DNA from: Lachnospiraceae bacterium
Lineage (GTDB): Bacteria > Bacillota > Clostridia > Oscillospirales > CAG-272
Length of the DNA: 64,000 nucleotides
Direction: 5' to 3'
NCBI GenBank assembly: GCA_024404495.1
Contig: JAKSPT010000013.1
Span: 5,369-69,368 of the forward strand
Of this stretch, positions 23,183 through 33,616 are shown piece after piece. Below the pieces are notes generated by a model. The model was not told where the DNA came from. It made no database searches and saw nothing but the letters and a program-made list of their open reading frames with translations. A program made the position numbers and the translations under genes. Position 1 is the stretch's first letter; every line of letters begins with the position of its first letter.

Positions 23183-23596
23183 ATGACGGAATACAAAAAA
23201 CTCGTTTCTTACGCATTGGAAGCAAGAGAAAAATCCTACGCGCCCTATTCCGGCTACCGCGTCGGCGCCGCCCTGCTCTGCACGGACGGTACGGTTTATC
23301 GCGGCTGCAACATTGAAAACGCGACCTACACCCCGACCGTCTGCGCCGAGCGCACCGCCTTTTTCAAAGCCGTTTCCGAGGGGAAACGCGGCTTCCGGGC
23401 GATCGCGGTCGTCGGCGGAAGCGGTGAGGGTCCCGGCGACTATTCCTATCCCTGCGGCGTATGCCGGCAGGTGATGAAGGAATTCTGTGATCCCGATTTC
23501 GAGATCGTGCTCCTGAACGGCAAGGGTGAGATCCGCATCCTCCGCCTCTCCGAGCTTCTCCCCTACTCCTTCGACAAAAACAACCTCAGCAACTGA
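23183..23596 (+). CDS. cdd: Cytidine deaminase
   Basis: SYAPYS, GCNIENA, CAERTA, PCGVCRQ. Confidence 0.97.
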   Translation: MTEYKKLVSYALEAREKSYAPYSGYRVGAALLCTDGTVYRGCNIENATYTPTVCAERTAFFKAVSEGKRGFRAIAVVGGSGEGPGDYSYPCGVCRQVMKEFCDPDFEIVLLNGKGEIRILRLSELLPYSFDKNNLSN

Positions 23597-23660
23597 CCTC
23601 CTCGGTATAAAGGCGGAAAGCAGACATCACTCCGCCGGAAAAAAGAAAGGGATTCCGATT

Positions 23661-24770
23661 ATGAAAGAATTCAACGGTCTCCACATGAATCTCGGCAACC
23701 TCTCCCGTCTCTCGAACGCTAAGACCCGCTCTCTTTCCGCAGAAAATCCCACCGGCGGCAAGGGCATGGGCGCAATGGCCGATCCGAAGGGCGTCGGTTC
23801 CGCCAGAGATCTCGGCGTGGGCTTCAAGGTTTCTCCCTGCATCTTCATTCCCCCGCACGAAACCACCGTTTTCGGTGAGATCGAGGGCTCGGGCGCGATC
23901 CAGCAGATCTGGATGACCACCGATCCGACCTTCTGGCGCACCGGTATCCTCAGAATGTACTGGGACGGCGAGGAAACGCCCTCCGTCGAGGTCCCCGTCG
24001 GCGACTTCTTCTGCCAGGGCTGGGGCGTCCGCGGTCTGCTCTCCTCCCTTCCCATCTCCGTCGGTCCCGCGGGCGGTCTGAACTGCTATTTCAGTATGCC
24101 CTTCCGCAAGGGCGCGAAGCTGACGATGGAGAACCGCTCCGACCGCGCGATGGTCCTCTTCTATCAGGTCAACTACACGCTGACCGACGTTCCGGAGGAC
24201 GAGGCGTATTTCCACGCGCAGTTCCGCCGCACCAATCCGACCGAATTCAAGGTCCCGCACACCATCCTTGACGGCGTCAAAGGAAAAGGGCAGTACGTCG
24301 GCACCTACATCGCGTGGGGCGTCAACTCCAACGGCTGGTGGGGCGAGGGCGAGATCAAATTCTATATGGACGGCGACGGCGAATTCCCGACCATCTGCGG
24401 CACCGGTACCGAGGACTACTTCGGCGGCGCGTGGAACTTTGAGTTCCCCGGCGGAAAATACTGCGAGTATCAGACGCCCTACTGCGGCATGAACCTCTGC
24501 GTCCGTCCGAACGGGCTCTATAACGCGCAGCAGCGCTTCTCCCTCTACCGCTGGCACATTCAGGATCCCGTCCGCTTCGACAGCGATCTGAAGGTGACCA
24601 TTCAGGCGCTCGGCTGGCAGCAGGGCGGCAGATATCTCCCTCTCCGCGACGATATCGCCTCCACCGCTTACTGGTATCAGACCGAACCGCACGCCGAATT
24701 CCCGAAGCTCGGCAGCTACGACGAGCTTGCCGTCTTCGACGGCGCAGGTCCCTGCCCCGCTTACTATTGA
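23661..24770 (+). CDS. Glycoside hydrolase family 172 (DUF2961)
   Basis: SLSAENPTG, VPVGDFF, WWGEGE, CGTGTEDYF, YRWHIQDPVRF. Confidence 0.9.
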   Translation: MKEFNGLHMNLGNLSRLSNAKTRSLSAENPTGGKGMGAMADPKGVGSARDLGVGFKVSPCIFIPPHETTVFGEIEGSGAIQQIWMTTDPTFWRTGILRMYWDGEETPSVEVPVGDFFCQGWGVRGLLSSLPISVGPAGGLNCYFSMPFRKGAKLTMENRSDRAMVLFYQVNYTLTDVPEDEAYFHAQFRRTNPTEFKVPHTILDGVKGKGQYVGTYIAWGVNSNGWWGEGEIKFYMDGDGEFPTICGTGTEDYFGGAWNFEFPGGKYCEYQTPYCGMNLCVRPNGLYNAQQRFSLYRWHIQDPVRFDSDLKVTIQALGWQQGGRYLPLRDDIASTAYWYQTEPHAEFPKLGSYDELAVFDGAGPCPAYY

Positions 24771-24907
24771 TCGATCATTATCAAGGCTGCCGTGCGCCCG
24801 CGCGGCAGCCTTTTCTTTTTTCCGATTCTTTTCCCCTTGCCTTAACAAATCGGAAACCTTCTGTTATAATACAAAATATTGAATATACTATTCCTCGGAG
24901 GGACTCT

Positions 24908-25465
24908 ATGGCACCGAAACAGAAAATCACGAAAGAACAGATCGAAGAGGGCGCATTCGCTTTCGTTCGCGAAAGAGGCGCGGACGCGCTGAAGGCACGC
25001 GATCTTTCCCAATACCTGCATTGCTCCACGCAGCCGATCTTTTCCAACTTTTCCGGAATGGGTGAAGTCCGTCAGTCGGTGATCCGGATGGCGGCACATC
25101 TTTGCGACCGGTATCTCACGACCGAAAAGGCCGGAGCCAACGCCTACGTCGCAATGGGACTCGGATACCTGCGTTTTGCGTATCAGGAGAAAAATCTGTT
25201 CCGTCTTCTCTTCCTCGGCAGCCCGGAGGAGGTCGAATCCGTCTTTGAAAACCGTCCCGACCAAAAGGCGAAGGACGTCCTTTCAAGCGCCGCGGGCGTT
25301 TCCGAAGAAGTAGTCAACGTCGCGCACATTGAAATGTGGGTCGCCATCCACGGGATCGCCGCGATGCTCTGCACCGGCTATATCGACTGGAACTACGAGC
25401 ACATCGAAAAGCTGATCGCCGACATATACGACGGACTCGAAACCCGGTTCGGTCTGAAGAAGTAA
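24908..25465 (+). CDS. TetR/AcrR family regulator (WHG-type C-terminus)
   Basis: HTH KARDLSQYLHCSTQPIFSNF; WVAIHG. Upstream TTAACA-17-TATAAT at 24842-24870. Confidence 0.9.
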   Translation: MAPKQKITKEQIEEGAFAFVRERGADALKARDLSQYLHCSTQPIFSNFSGMGEVRQSVIRMAAHLCDRYLTTEKAGANAYVAMGLGYLRFAYQEKNLFRLLFLGSPEEVESVFENRPDQKAKDVLSSAAGVSEEVVNVAHIEMWVAIHGIAAMLCTGYIDWNYEHIEKLIADIYDGLETRFGLKK

Positions 25466-25501
25466 ACGGCAATACCACCGTCAGAAAAGGAGTATACCAC
25501 T

Positions 25502-26359
25502 ATGGATGAAATGAATAATCAGGTTCCCGAAGAGGAAGCCTGCACCCACGACTGTTCCACCTGTCACGCGAACTGCGCGTCCAAGGAAAAGAAAAGTCTG
25601 ATCGAAGAGCCGCACCCGATGAGCACCATCAGAAAGGTCATCGGCGTCGTCAGCGGCAAGGGCGGCGTAGGCAAGTCCCTCGTCACCTCGATCCTCGCGA
25701 CCAAGCTCCGCGCGCTCGGCAATGAGACCGCCGTGCTCGACGCGGATATCACCGGCCCCTCCATCCCGAAGATCTTCGGCGTCACCGGTGACGTCACCGG
25801 CACCGACGACGGCATTTTCCCGCTCGAGAGCCGCGCGGGCGTCAAGGTCATGAGCGTCAACCTCCTGCTCGAAGACGAAACCTCCCCCGTCGTCTGGAGA
25901 GGTCCGGTCATCGCCGGGACCGTCAAACAGTTCTGGACCGACGTGATCTGGGGCGACGTGGACGTGATGTTCGTCGACTGCCCTCCCGGAACCGGCGACG
26001 TGCCGCTCACCGTTTTCCAGTCCATCCCGCTTGACGGCGTCATCATTGTCACGAGCCCGCAGGATCTGGTCTCCATGATCGTCGCGAAGGCGGTCAATAT
26101 GGCAAAGATGATGAATATCCCCGTCCTCGGCATCGTGGAGAACATGAGCTTTATCCGCTGCCCCGACTGCGGGAAGGAGATCTCGGTCTTCGGCAAATCG
26201 AAGGCCGACGAGGTCGCCGCGGAATTCGGTCTGCCCCTGCTCGGCAGAATGCCGATCGATCCCTCCCTCGCCGCGCTCTGCGACGCCGGAAAGATCGACG
26301 AGTGCGTCTGTCCCGAGCTTGATCCCGCAGCCGCCGCGATCGAAGCTCTGCTCAAGTAA
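25502..26359 (+). CDS. Mrp/NBP35 family Fe-S cluster carrier ATPase
   Basis: N-terminal CxxxCxxCxxxC, VSGKGGVGKS, DCPPGTGD, ENMS..CPDCG. Confidence 0.95.
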   Translation: MDEMNNQVPEEEACTHDCSTCHANCASKEKKSLIEEPHPMSTIRKVIGVVSGKGGVGKSLVTSILATKLRALGNETAVLDADITGPSIPKIFGVTGDVTGTDDGIFPLESRAGVKVMSVNLLLEDETSPVVWRGPVIAGTVKQFWTDVIWGDVDVMFVDCPPGTGDVPLTVFQSIPLDGVIIVTSPQDLVSMIVAKAVNMAKMMNIPVLGIVENMSFIRCPDCGKEISVFGKSKADEVAAEFGLPLLGRMPIDPSLAALCDAGKIDECVCPELDPAAAAIEALLK

Positions 26360-26441
26360 GCAGGCTCAAATGAGCACGATCAAATAATCAGAAAGAAAAC
26401 GGGACCGCCTCTTACCGGAGCGGTCCCATTTTGAAAAAACG

Positions 26442-26960
26442 ATGCTGACCGAAAACGATATTCTCTCCGCCGTCCGACGGTACCCGCACTCCCGTCCGAC
26501 CGATCTGCGCAAGCTCGCCTTTCAGGAGGCGATGGGACCCGGGCATCTGATCGCGTCAGAGGAAACGGCGGTTTCGCGCTGCCTTGCCGAAGCGGAAACG
26601 CTGTCCGGTCCCGGCGCCGCGCCCGCGGTCGAGCCGCTCGGGAGCGATTACTGCCGCGTTTCGCTTTACGGGCTCGGAAAAGAAAAGCTTGCCCTGCTCG
26701 GCACGCTCTTTTTCCGCTCCGCCGTCCCGGCCGGAGAAAAGGAACGAAAGGCGCTCGCCGGATCGCTCGGTCTGATCCGTGCGCTTGCCGGAAAAGGAAT
26801 GCTTCCCTTTTCCGAAGCGGAATGGGACGCGGACACGGAAAAATGGACAGCCGCAGGGGAAGGCGCGGTCAGCCACAGCGCGGAATACCGGGAAGCTTAC
26901 CGTCCGGCGTACCGCGTGATCGGCAGGCGGCTCCTCCCGCTGCTTTTCCCCGATCTCTGA
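26442..26960 (+). CDS. Hypothetical protein
   Basis: 172-aa ORF with motif-like segments [15 protein letters not shown] and [16 protein letters not shown]. Confidence 0.65.
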   Translation: MLTENDILSAVRRYPHSRPTDLRKLAFQEAMGPGHLIASEETAVSRCLAEAETLSGPGAAPAVEPLGSDYCRVSLYGLGKEKLALLGTLFFRSAVPAGEKERKALAGSLGLIRALAGKGMLPFSEAEWDADTEKWTAAGEGAVSHSAEYREAYRPAYRVIGRRLLPLLFPDL

Positions 26961-27022
26961 CCGGACAGGCGAAAAAAGCCCGGAAAAGCGGAAAAAAATT
27001 TTCAAAAAAATCATTTTTCCTA

Positions 27023-27051
27023 TTGCATATTGCGGAAAACCGTGATATAAT
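27023..27051 (+). promoter_or_regulatory. Sigma-A promoter of rpmE
   Basis: TTGCAT-17-TATAAT with extended TG. Confidence 0.8.
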
Positions 27052-27091
27052 GTGTGTATTATTGAAGTTCTATGTAAGTGAGGTGTATATC

Positions 27092-27301
27092 ATGAAGGCA
27101 GGAATTCATCCCGAATATAAAGAAGTCACCGTCAAGTGCGCTTGCGGAGAAGAGTTCGTCACCCGTTCCACGAAGGACTCCATCCGCGTTGAAATTTGCT
27201 CCAAGTGCCATCCGTTCTTTACCGGAAAGCAGAAGTTCGTCGATGCCGGCGGCCGCGTTGACAAGTTCAAGAAGCGTCTGCAGTCCGCGAACGCGAAATA
27301 A
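27092..27301 (+). CDS. rpmE: 50S ribosomal protein L31 (Zn-binding type)
   Basis: [33 protein letters not shown]. Confidence 0.98.
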   Translation: MKAGIHPEYKEVTVKCACGEEFVTRSTKDSIRVEICSKCHPFFTGKQKFVDAGGRVDKFKKRLQSANAK

Positions 27302-27382
27302 AAAGCAACTTTCAGAACAAGCCAAGCGTACTCACGTTTGGTTTGTTTTTTTATCCCCACTTTCAGGAAAGGAAGTGTTTGT

Positions 27383-28651
27383 ATGGAAGAATACTCCTGT
27401 GCCCGTGCGGGCATCGTCAGCCTGCTGCTTCCCGGCTCGAACGAGAGAGAGGTTTCCGCCTCCTTCGATGAGCTGGAGCGTCTGCTTGAGACCGCGGGCG
27501 GCAAGGCGGTTTTCCGCATGGTCCAGTCGAAGGATACCCCCGACCCCGGGACCTATATCGGTTCGGGCAAGGTGAAGGAGCTTTCCGACCTCTGCGAAAC
27601 GAACGACGTCAGCCTCGTCGTTTTCGACGTGGAGCTGACTCCCTCCCAGATCCGCAACGTCGAGGACGGGATGGAGGGTGACGTCCGCGTCATCGACCGC
27701 TCGATGCTCATTCTCGATATCTTCGCCCTGCACGCCACCACGAACGAGGGCAAGCTGCAGGTCGAGCTGGCGCAGCTCAAATACACCGTGCCGCGTCTGA
27801 TCGGCAAGGGCACGCAGCTTTCCCGTCAGGGCGGCTCGGGCTCGATCGCGGCGAGAGGTCCCGGTGAAACCAAGCTGGAGACCGACCGACGCCACGTCAA
27901 ACGCCGCATTCAGGCGCTTGAAGAGGAGCTGAACGCGATCGCCGACCGCCGCGCCACACAGAGAAAGCAGCGTGACCGATCCGGTATCGCCAAGGTAGCC
28001 ATCGCCGGCTACACCAACGCCGGAAAATCCACCCTGCTCAACCGTCTGACCGGAGCCGGCATCCTCGCCGAGGACAAGCTCTTCGCCACCCTCGATCCCA
28101 CGACGAGAAAATACACCCTTCCCGACGGGAGGGAGGTCCTTTTCGTCGATACCGTCGGCTTCATCCGCAATCTTCCGACCCATCTGATCCGCGCCTTCCG
28201 CTCGACCCTCGACGAGGTCACCTACGCCGACGTCATTCTCGTGGTGATCGACGCCTCCGACCCGGAGCACGGCTCCCAGAGGAAGGTGACCGAGGCGCTT
28301 CTCTCCGACCTCGGCTGCTCGGAAAAGCCGACCCTTTACCTTTTCAACAAATGCGACAGAGAAGCAAACGTTCTCCCCGAGCTTCCCGAAACTGTCTCGC
28401 GTGAGAACATCCTCTGCCTCTCCGCCGCGACCGGGGAGGGCGTGGACGCCTTCGTCTCCCGCCTGACCGACCTTCTGAACGAGGGCACCTCGACCGAGGT
28501 CTTCTCCATCCCGATGGCGGAGGCGGGCGTACTGAACCAGATCTACGCGAACGCCTCTGTCCTTTCGACCGACTATCTCGAAAACGTGATCGAGGTCACC
28601 GCCGTCTGCGACGCCAAGGCAAGGGGGATGTTCCGCAAATGGAAGAAGTGA
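27383..28651 (+). CDS. hflX: GTPase HflX
   Basis: IGSGKVKE, EGKLQVELAQL, RGPGETKLETDRR, GYTNAGKST, LFATLD, DTVGFI, NKCD. Confidence 0.97.
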   Translation: MEEYSCARAGIVSLLLPGSNEREVSASFDELERLLETAGGKAVFRMVQSKDTPDPGTYIGSGKVKELSDLCETNDVSLVVFDVELTPSQIRNVEDGMEGDVRVIDRSMLILDIFALHATTNEGKLQVELAQLKYTVPRLIGKGTQLSRQGGSGSIAARGPGETKLETDRRHVKRRIQALEEELNAIADRRATQRKQRDRSGIAKVAIAGYTNAGKSTLLNRLTGAGILAEDKLFATLDPTTRKYTLPDGREVLFVDTVGFIRNLPTHLIRAFRSTLDEVTYADVILVVIDASDPEHGSQRKVTEALLSDLGCSEKPTLYLFNKCDREANVLPELPETVSRENILCLSAATGEGVDAFVSRLTDLLNEGTSTEVFSIPMAEAGVLNQIYANASVLSTDYLENVIEVTAVCDAKARGMFRKWKK

Positions 28652-29256
28652 CCTTTCTCGGTCTCGGAAAGGACGGATACGGCAAGCTGGAGGAGAAAAA
28701 ATCCCGTTTTCTCGCCGTCGCCCACACCGTTTCGGACGAGAAAGAAGCGGCGGCGTTCCTCGAAGGGATCCGGAAGGCGAATCCCGGCTCCCGGCATAAC
28801 GTATGGGCTTACGTTCTCCGCAGCGGCGCGGTGCGCTGCTCCGACGACGGCGAGCCGCAGGGGACGGGGGGCGTTCCGCTCCTTGAGATCCTGAAAAAGA
28901 GCGGCGTCACAGACGCGATGCTCGTCGTCACCCGCTATTTCGGCGGGATCTTACTCGGTACGGGCGGTCTTTCCCGCGCGTATTCGGGCGCGGCAAGGCT
29001 CGCCTTCGACGACGCGGGGCTGAAGACCCTCGCCGAGCAGACCGATTTCACGCTTCCCTGCCGCTACGACGACTATCAGAAGATCCTCGCGATCCTTCCG
29101 AAGTACGGCGTGACCGTCCTTTCGACCGATTTCGGGGACGGCGTGCTTCTCACGCTGACGGCTCCCTCCTCCGCTTATCCCGCGTTCTGCGGGAGGCTCA
29201 CCGAAATGAGCGCGGGCAGGCTGTCACCGACCGTGACCGGAAAGCGCCTCGGCTGA
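28639..29256 (+). CDS. YigZ/IMPACT family protein
   Basis: KKSRFLA, SDDGEPQGTGG, VTRYFGGILLGTGGL. Confidence 0.93.
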   Translation: MEEVTFLGLGKDGYGKLEEKKSRFLAVAHTVSDEKEAAAFLEGIRKANPGSRHNVWAYVLRSGAVRCSDDGEPQGTGGVPLLEILKKSGVTDAMLVVTRYFGGILLGTGGLSRAYSGAARLAFDDAGLKTLAEQTDFTLPCRYDDYQKILAILPKYGVTVLSTDFGDGVLLTLTAPSSAYPAFCGRLTEMSAGRLSPTVTGKRLG

Positions 29257-29277
29257 CCGGACCCCATGTGATAATCT

Positions 29278-29328
29278 GAAAAACTGTGATTTTTCGTGTG
29301 TCCGACACCGGAAAATCACAGTTTTTTC
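29278..29328 (+). terminator. Intrinsic terminator
   Basis: AAAAACTGTGATTTT...AAAATCACAGTTTTTT inverted repeat. Confidence 0.7.
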
Positions 29329-29452
29329 CCGTCTTTTTCGCGTTCGTGTCGTAAAATGTAAACAGTTTCTGAACCCGAAAGAAAAATAGAGGAATCGGAA
29401 GGATTTTTGCGTATATTTATTGTAAAAAAGAAAAACGGACGGAGGGATCACC

Positions 29453-30457
29453 GTGAATCAATTCCATAAATGGCTGAACGAGAGAGAACGCGCGTCGTTT
29501 TCCCCCTTTGCCTGCCTTTCCTGCGAAACCGAAGGCAGGGATTTTCCGCTCCCCCCCGACGAATACCGCACCGAATTTCAGAGGGACCGCGACCGCATCA
29601 TCCATTCCAAGGCGTTCCGCCGTCTCTCCCACAAGACGCAGGTCTTCCTCTCTCCCGAGGCTGACCATTACCGCACCCGTCTGACCCACACCCTCGAGGT
29701 CACGCAGATCGCGCGGACGATCGCCCGCGCCCTCCGTCTCAACGAAGACCTCACCGAGGCGATCGCGCTCGGACACGATCTCGGTCACACCCCCTTCGGT
29801 CACGCGGGAGAGCGCGTTCTGCAGCGCTGCTACGATCCGGAATTCGCACACTACAAGCAGTCGCTCCGCGTCGTGGAAAAGCTCGAATGTCTGAACCTCA
29901 CGAAGGAGGTCCGTGACGGCATCGTCTGCCATACGGTCGGCGGCGCGAAGACCCTTGAGGGGCAGATCATCAAGGAAGCCGACCACATCGCCTATATCAA
30001 TCACGACATCGACGACGCCGTCCGCGCCGGGATCATCGACAGCGAGGATATCCCGCTCGACGTCCGCGGCGTTCTCGGCTTCACCCACGGCGAGCGTATC
30101 GACCGGATGGTGACCTCGGTCATCACCGCGAGCGAGGGACAGCCCGAGATCCGTTGGGAACCCGAGATCCTCGAATACACGAACCTCCTCCACGACTTTC
30201 TCTATCAGAACGTCTACCGCAATCCGGCGGCAAAGGGAGAAGAGGTACGCGCCGAGGCGATGCTCGAACAGCTCTTTCATCATTTCGTCACCCACCCCGA
30301 GGATTTGCCCGCCGAAAACCGCGCGCAGCTCGAAACCGAGAAGACCGACAGAGTGGTCTGCGACTATATCTCGGGGATGACGGACCGCTACGCGGTCAGC
30401 GTTTTCCGGCGGCTCTTTATTCCGGAGTCGTGGCAGGGAGACAGGGAGAAGGGCTGA
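29453..30457 (+). CDS. dgt: Deoxyguanosinetriphosphate triphosphohydrolase (HD domain)
   Basis: FQRDRDRI, KTQVF, RTRLTHTLEV, GHDLGHTPFGHAGE, DYISGMTD. GTG start. Confidence 0.95.
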   Translation: MNQFHKWLNERERASFSPFACLSCETEGRDFPLPPDEYRTEFQRDRDRIIHSKAFRRLSHKTQVFLSPEADHYRTRLTHTLEVTQIARTIARALRLNEDLTEAIALGHDLGHTPFGHAGERVLQRCYDPEFAHYKQSLRVVEKLECLNLTKEVRDGIVCHTVGGAKTLEGQIIKEADHIAYINHDIDDAVRAGIIDSEDIPLDVRGVLGFTHGERIDRMVTSVITASEGQPEIRWEPEILEYTNLLHDFLYQNVYRNPAAKGEEVRAEAMLEQLFHHFVTHPEDLPAENRAQLETEKTDRVVCDYISGMTDRYAVSVFRRLFIPESWQGDREKG

Positions 30458-30458
30458 T

Positions 30459-32225
30459 ATGAAGTTTTCACCCGCCTTTATCGACGAGGTCAAAGCCCGC
30501 AATCCCATCGAGGAGGTCGTTTCCTCCTACGTTACCCTGAAGCGGGCGGGCTCCAACCTCACCGGGCTCTGTCCCTTTCATTCCGAAAAAACGCCTTCCT
30601 TCTCGGTCTCGGCGCCGAACGGCTTCTTCTACTGCTTCGGCTGCGGCACCGGAGGCGACGTGATCTCCTTTATTATGAAGATCGAGAACCTCGATTATCC
30701 CTCCGCCATCGGGTTTCTCGCAAAGCGCGCCGGGCTTCCCCTCCCCGAGAATCCCGACGAAAAGGAACAGGGCGTCAGGCGCGCCCGCGTTCTCGCGATG
30801 AATAGGCTCGCGGCAAAGTATTTCCACTCCAAGCTGATGGAGGGCGGCGCGGGACTGGAATATCTCACCGAAAAACGAAAGCTGCCGATGCCGCTGATCA
30901 AGCACTTCGGTCTCGGCTTCGCGCCCGATTCCTTCGGGGAACTGACGAATCTGCTCACCCGGAACGGGTATTCCGCCGAGGAGATGAAGACCGCGTTCCT
31001 CTGCGGCATCAGTCCGAAGACCGGACGCCCCTACGATTACTTCCGCAACCGCGTGATCTTCCCCATCATCGACAACGCAGGCGAGGTGATCGCCTTCGGC
31101 GGGCGCGTGATGGACGATTCCCTGCCGAAATATCTGAACACCTCCGATACCCCCGCCTTCCGCAAGAGCCGCAACCTCTTCGCGCTCAATTTCGCGAAGA
31201 AGCACTGCGCCGAGACGATGATCCTCTGCGAGGGGTATATGGACGTCATCGCGCTCCACGGAGCGGGCTTTGAAAATGCCGTCGCCACCCTCGGCACCGC
31301 CCTTACCTCCGAGCAGGCGCGCATCATGAAGCGGTACACCAAGAAGGTCATCATTTCCTACGACGCCGACGAAGCCGGTCAGCGTGCCGCCGACCGCGCC
31401 TTCGGCATTCTCGGCGAGGTCGGGCTCGAAACGCGGCTGCTCCGCGTGGAGGGCGCGAAGGACCCGGACGAATATATCAAAAAGTTCGGCGCAGACCGCT
31501 TCCGCAAGCTGCTGGAGGGCAGCCGCACCCGCTTCGATTTTCAGCTTGAGGGCGTTCTGAAACGCAATAACGTCGCGGAAAACGAAGGCAAGCTGAAGGC
31601 TGCCGCCGAGATCACCTCGATCATCGCCGCTTATCCCTCCGAGGTCGAGCGCGACGTGTATATCGGACAGGCTTCCGCAGCCCTTTCTGTTCCGAAGGAA
31701 AGCCTGAAAAACGACGTGAACCGCGCCAAGATTTCCAGAGAAAAACGGGAAACCAAGGAAGCGGAGGAGAAGATCATGCGCGAAACGCGCGGCTTCGGCG
31801 ACCGGATCAACCCCGAAAAGGTCACCTTTCACCGCGGGGCGCGCGCGGAGGAGATCCTGCTCGGCATCCTCCTTCTCTACCCCGAAATGCTTTCCGTTCT
31901 TGAAAAGGAGGGCTCCGTCCTCACGCCCGACGACCTCGTCACCGAGTTCAACCGCAGAGTGCTGAAAAAGCTCTTCGAGTTGAAGGAAGAGGACGCGGCG
32001 ATCTCCCTTTCCCTCTTTGCCGAGGATTTCTCCCCCGGCGAAATGGGCAAGATCGCGAAATACCAGATCGACCGTGAAAAGCTGACCGACAACGGCGAGG
32101 ACGTCGTTCTCGACTGCGTGCGGATCATAAAGGAAGAAAAAGCAAAGAAAACCACCTCGCTGGAGGATCTGCTCGCCTCCAAGCGGCAGAAAAAACAGGA
32201 CAAGGAAACGACATCGAAAGGATGA
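30459..32225 (+). CDS. dnaG: DNA primase
   Basis: [42 protein letters not shown]. Confidence 0.98.
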   Translation: MKFSPAFIDEVKARNPIEEVVSSYVTLKRAGSNLTGLCPFHSEKTPSFSVSAPNGFFYCFGCGTGGDVISFIMKIENLDYPSAIGFLAKRAGLPLPENPDEKEQGVRRARVLAMNRLAAKYFHSKLMEGGAGLEYLTEKRKLPMPLIKHFGLGFAPDSFGELTNLLTRNGYSAEEMKTAFLCGISPKTGRPYDYFRNRVIFPIIDNAGEVIAFGGRVMDDSLPKYLNTSDTPAFRKSRNLFALNFAKKHCAETMILCEGYMDVIALHGAGFENAVATLGTALTSEQARIMKRYTKKVIISYDADEAGQRAADRAFGILGEVGLETRLLRVEGAKDPDEYIKKFGADRFRKLLEGSRTRFDFQLEGVLKRNNVAENEGKLKAAAEITSIIAAYPSEVERDVYIGQASAALSVPKESLKNDVNRAKISREKRETKEAEEKIMRETRGFGDRINPEKVTFHRGARAEEILLGILLLYPEMLSVLEKEGSVLTPDDLVTEFNRRVLKKLFELKEEDAAISLSLFAEDFSPGEMGKIAKYQIDREKLTDNGEDVVLDCVRIIKEEKAKKTTSLEDLLASKRQKKQDKETTSKG

Positions 32226-32232
32226 TTGCGAT

Positions 32233-33327
32233 ATGGCTAACGAAAAGAAAGAAATCAAAGAACTGCTGATGGAAAAAGGAAAGGCAAAGGGTTCCCTGAC
32301 CAACAGCGAGATCATGGAAGCGCTGGAAGAGGTCGATTACGACCTTGACCAGGTGGAACGGCTCTACGAAAGCCTTGAAGGCGCCGGCATTGAGATCACC
32401 GGGTATATGGACAACCCCGAGTTTCAGGCGATCGAAACCGAGATGGAACAGCTCGGCAGCGCCGAGGATATGGAGAAAATGCTCCAGCAGGAAGGTCTCG
32501 CGATCGACGACCCGGTCCGTATGTACCTGAAGGAGATCGGTACCGTTCAGCTTCTCGACGCCGACCGCGAAATGGAGCTGGCGCAGAAGATGGCGGACGG
32601 CGACAAGGACGCGAAGGACGAGTTGGTCAAGGCGAACCTCCGTCTCGTCGTCAGCATCGCGAAGCGCTACGTCGGCAAAGGAATGTTCTTCCTCGATCTG
32701 ATCCAGGAGGGCAACCTCGGTCTGATGAAGGCGGTCGACAAGTTCGACTACCGCAAGGGCTATAAGTTCTCCACCTACGCGACGTGGTGGATCCGTCAGG
32801 CGATCACCCGTGCGATCGCCGATCAGGCGCGCACGATCCGCATCCCCGTCCACATGGTCGAGACCATCCACAAGGTCTCCCGCGTACAGAGACAGTTCTT
32901 ACAGGAAAACGGCAGAGAGCCCACCGCCTCCGAGATTTCCGCCGAGATCAATATGCCCGAGGAAAAGGTCCGCGAGATCATGCGCATCTCGCAGGATCCC
33001 GTTTCCCTCGAAATGCCGATCGGCGAGGAGGAGGACAGCCACCTCGGTGACTTCATTCCCGACGATAACTCCCCCACCCCCGCGGATTCCGCTTCCTTCA
33101 CGATGCTCCGGGAGCAGATCGACGAGGTCCTCGCCACGCTGACCCCCCGTGAAGCGCAGGTGCTCCGCCTCCGCTTCGGTCTCGAGGACGGAAAGACCCG
33201 TACCCTTGAAGAGGTCGGAAAGGTCTTCAACATCACCCGTGAACGCATCCGTCAGATCGAGGCAAAGGCGCTCCGCAAGCTCCGTCATCCCAGCCGCTCC
33301 AAGCGCCTGAAGGACTACCTCGACTGA
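32233..33327 (+). CDS. rpoD: RNA polymerase primary sigma factor
   Basis: [68 protein letters not shown]. Confidence 0.99.
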   Translation: MANEKKEIKELLMEKGKAKGSLTNSEIMEALEEVDYDLDQVERLYESLEGAGIEITGYMDNPEFQAIETEMEQLGSAEDMEKMLQQEGLAIDDPVRMYLKEIGTVQLLDADREMELAQKMADGDKDAKDELVKANLRLVVSIAKRYVGKGMFFLDLIQEGNLGLMKAVDKFDYRKGYKFSTYATWWIRQAITRAIADQARTIRIPVHMVETIHKVSRVQRQFLQENGREPTASEISAEINMPEEKVREIMRISQDPVSLEMPIGEEEDSHLGDFIPDDNSPTPADSASFTMLREQIDEVLATLTPREAQVLRLRFGLEDGKTRTLEEVGKVFNITRERIRQIEAKALRKLRHPSRSKRLKDYLD

Positions 33328-33519
33328 TCCGGTTTCCCTTGTATTTTCGGATTATTTCATAATAATCCGTTCCGGTTTTTGTACGCATTTGCCGTAACCG
33401 GGTGCATTCTGAACAAAGCCGCAACGCCGGTTTTGTCCTTCCTGCCCAATTCCGAAGAACACTTTTCGGGCTTTTTCCCGACCGCCCGCGGTTTTCCCGG
33501 AAACGGCGGTAAAATGTCC

Positions 33520-33548
33520 TTGACAGATTGCGTTTTTTGGTGTAAAAT
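33520..33548 (+). promoter_or_regulatory. Sigma-A promoter
   Basis: TTGACA-17-TAAAAT. Confidence 0.7.
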
Positions 33549-33616
33549 AATATGTGGTTATAGTGTCGAAACTGTAACCTCGAGTATCTTGTGAATAAAT
33601 TCAGGAGGTTCCCCGC

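Noticed and set aside
29453-30457. dGTPase as an anti-phage defence gene
   Set aside because: It sits in the usual clostridial dgt-dnaG-rpoD housekeeping context.
33328-33616. tRNA or ncRNA downstream of rpoD
   Set aside because: No cloverleaf or T-loop motif is recognisable; only a promoter and weak hairpins.
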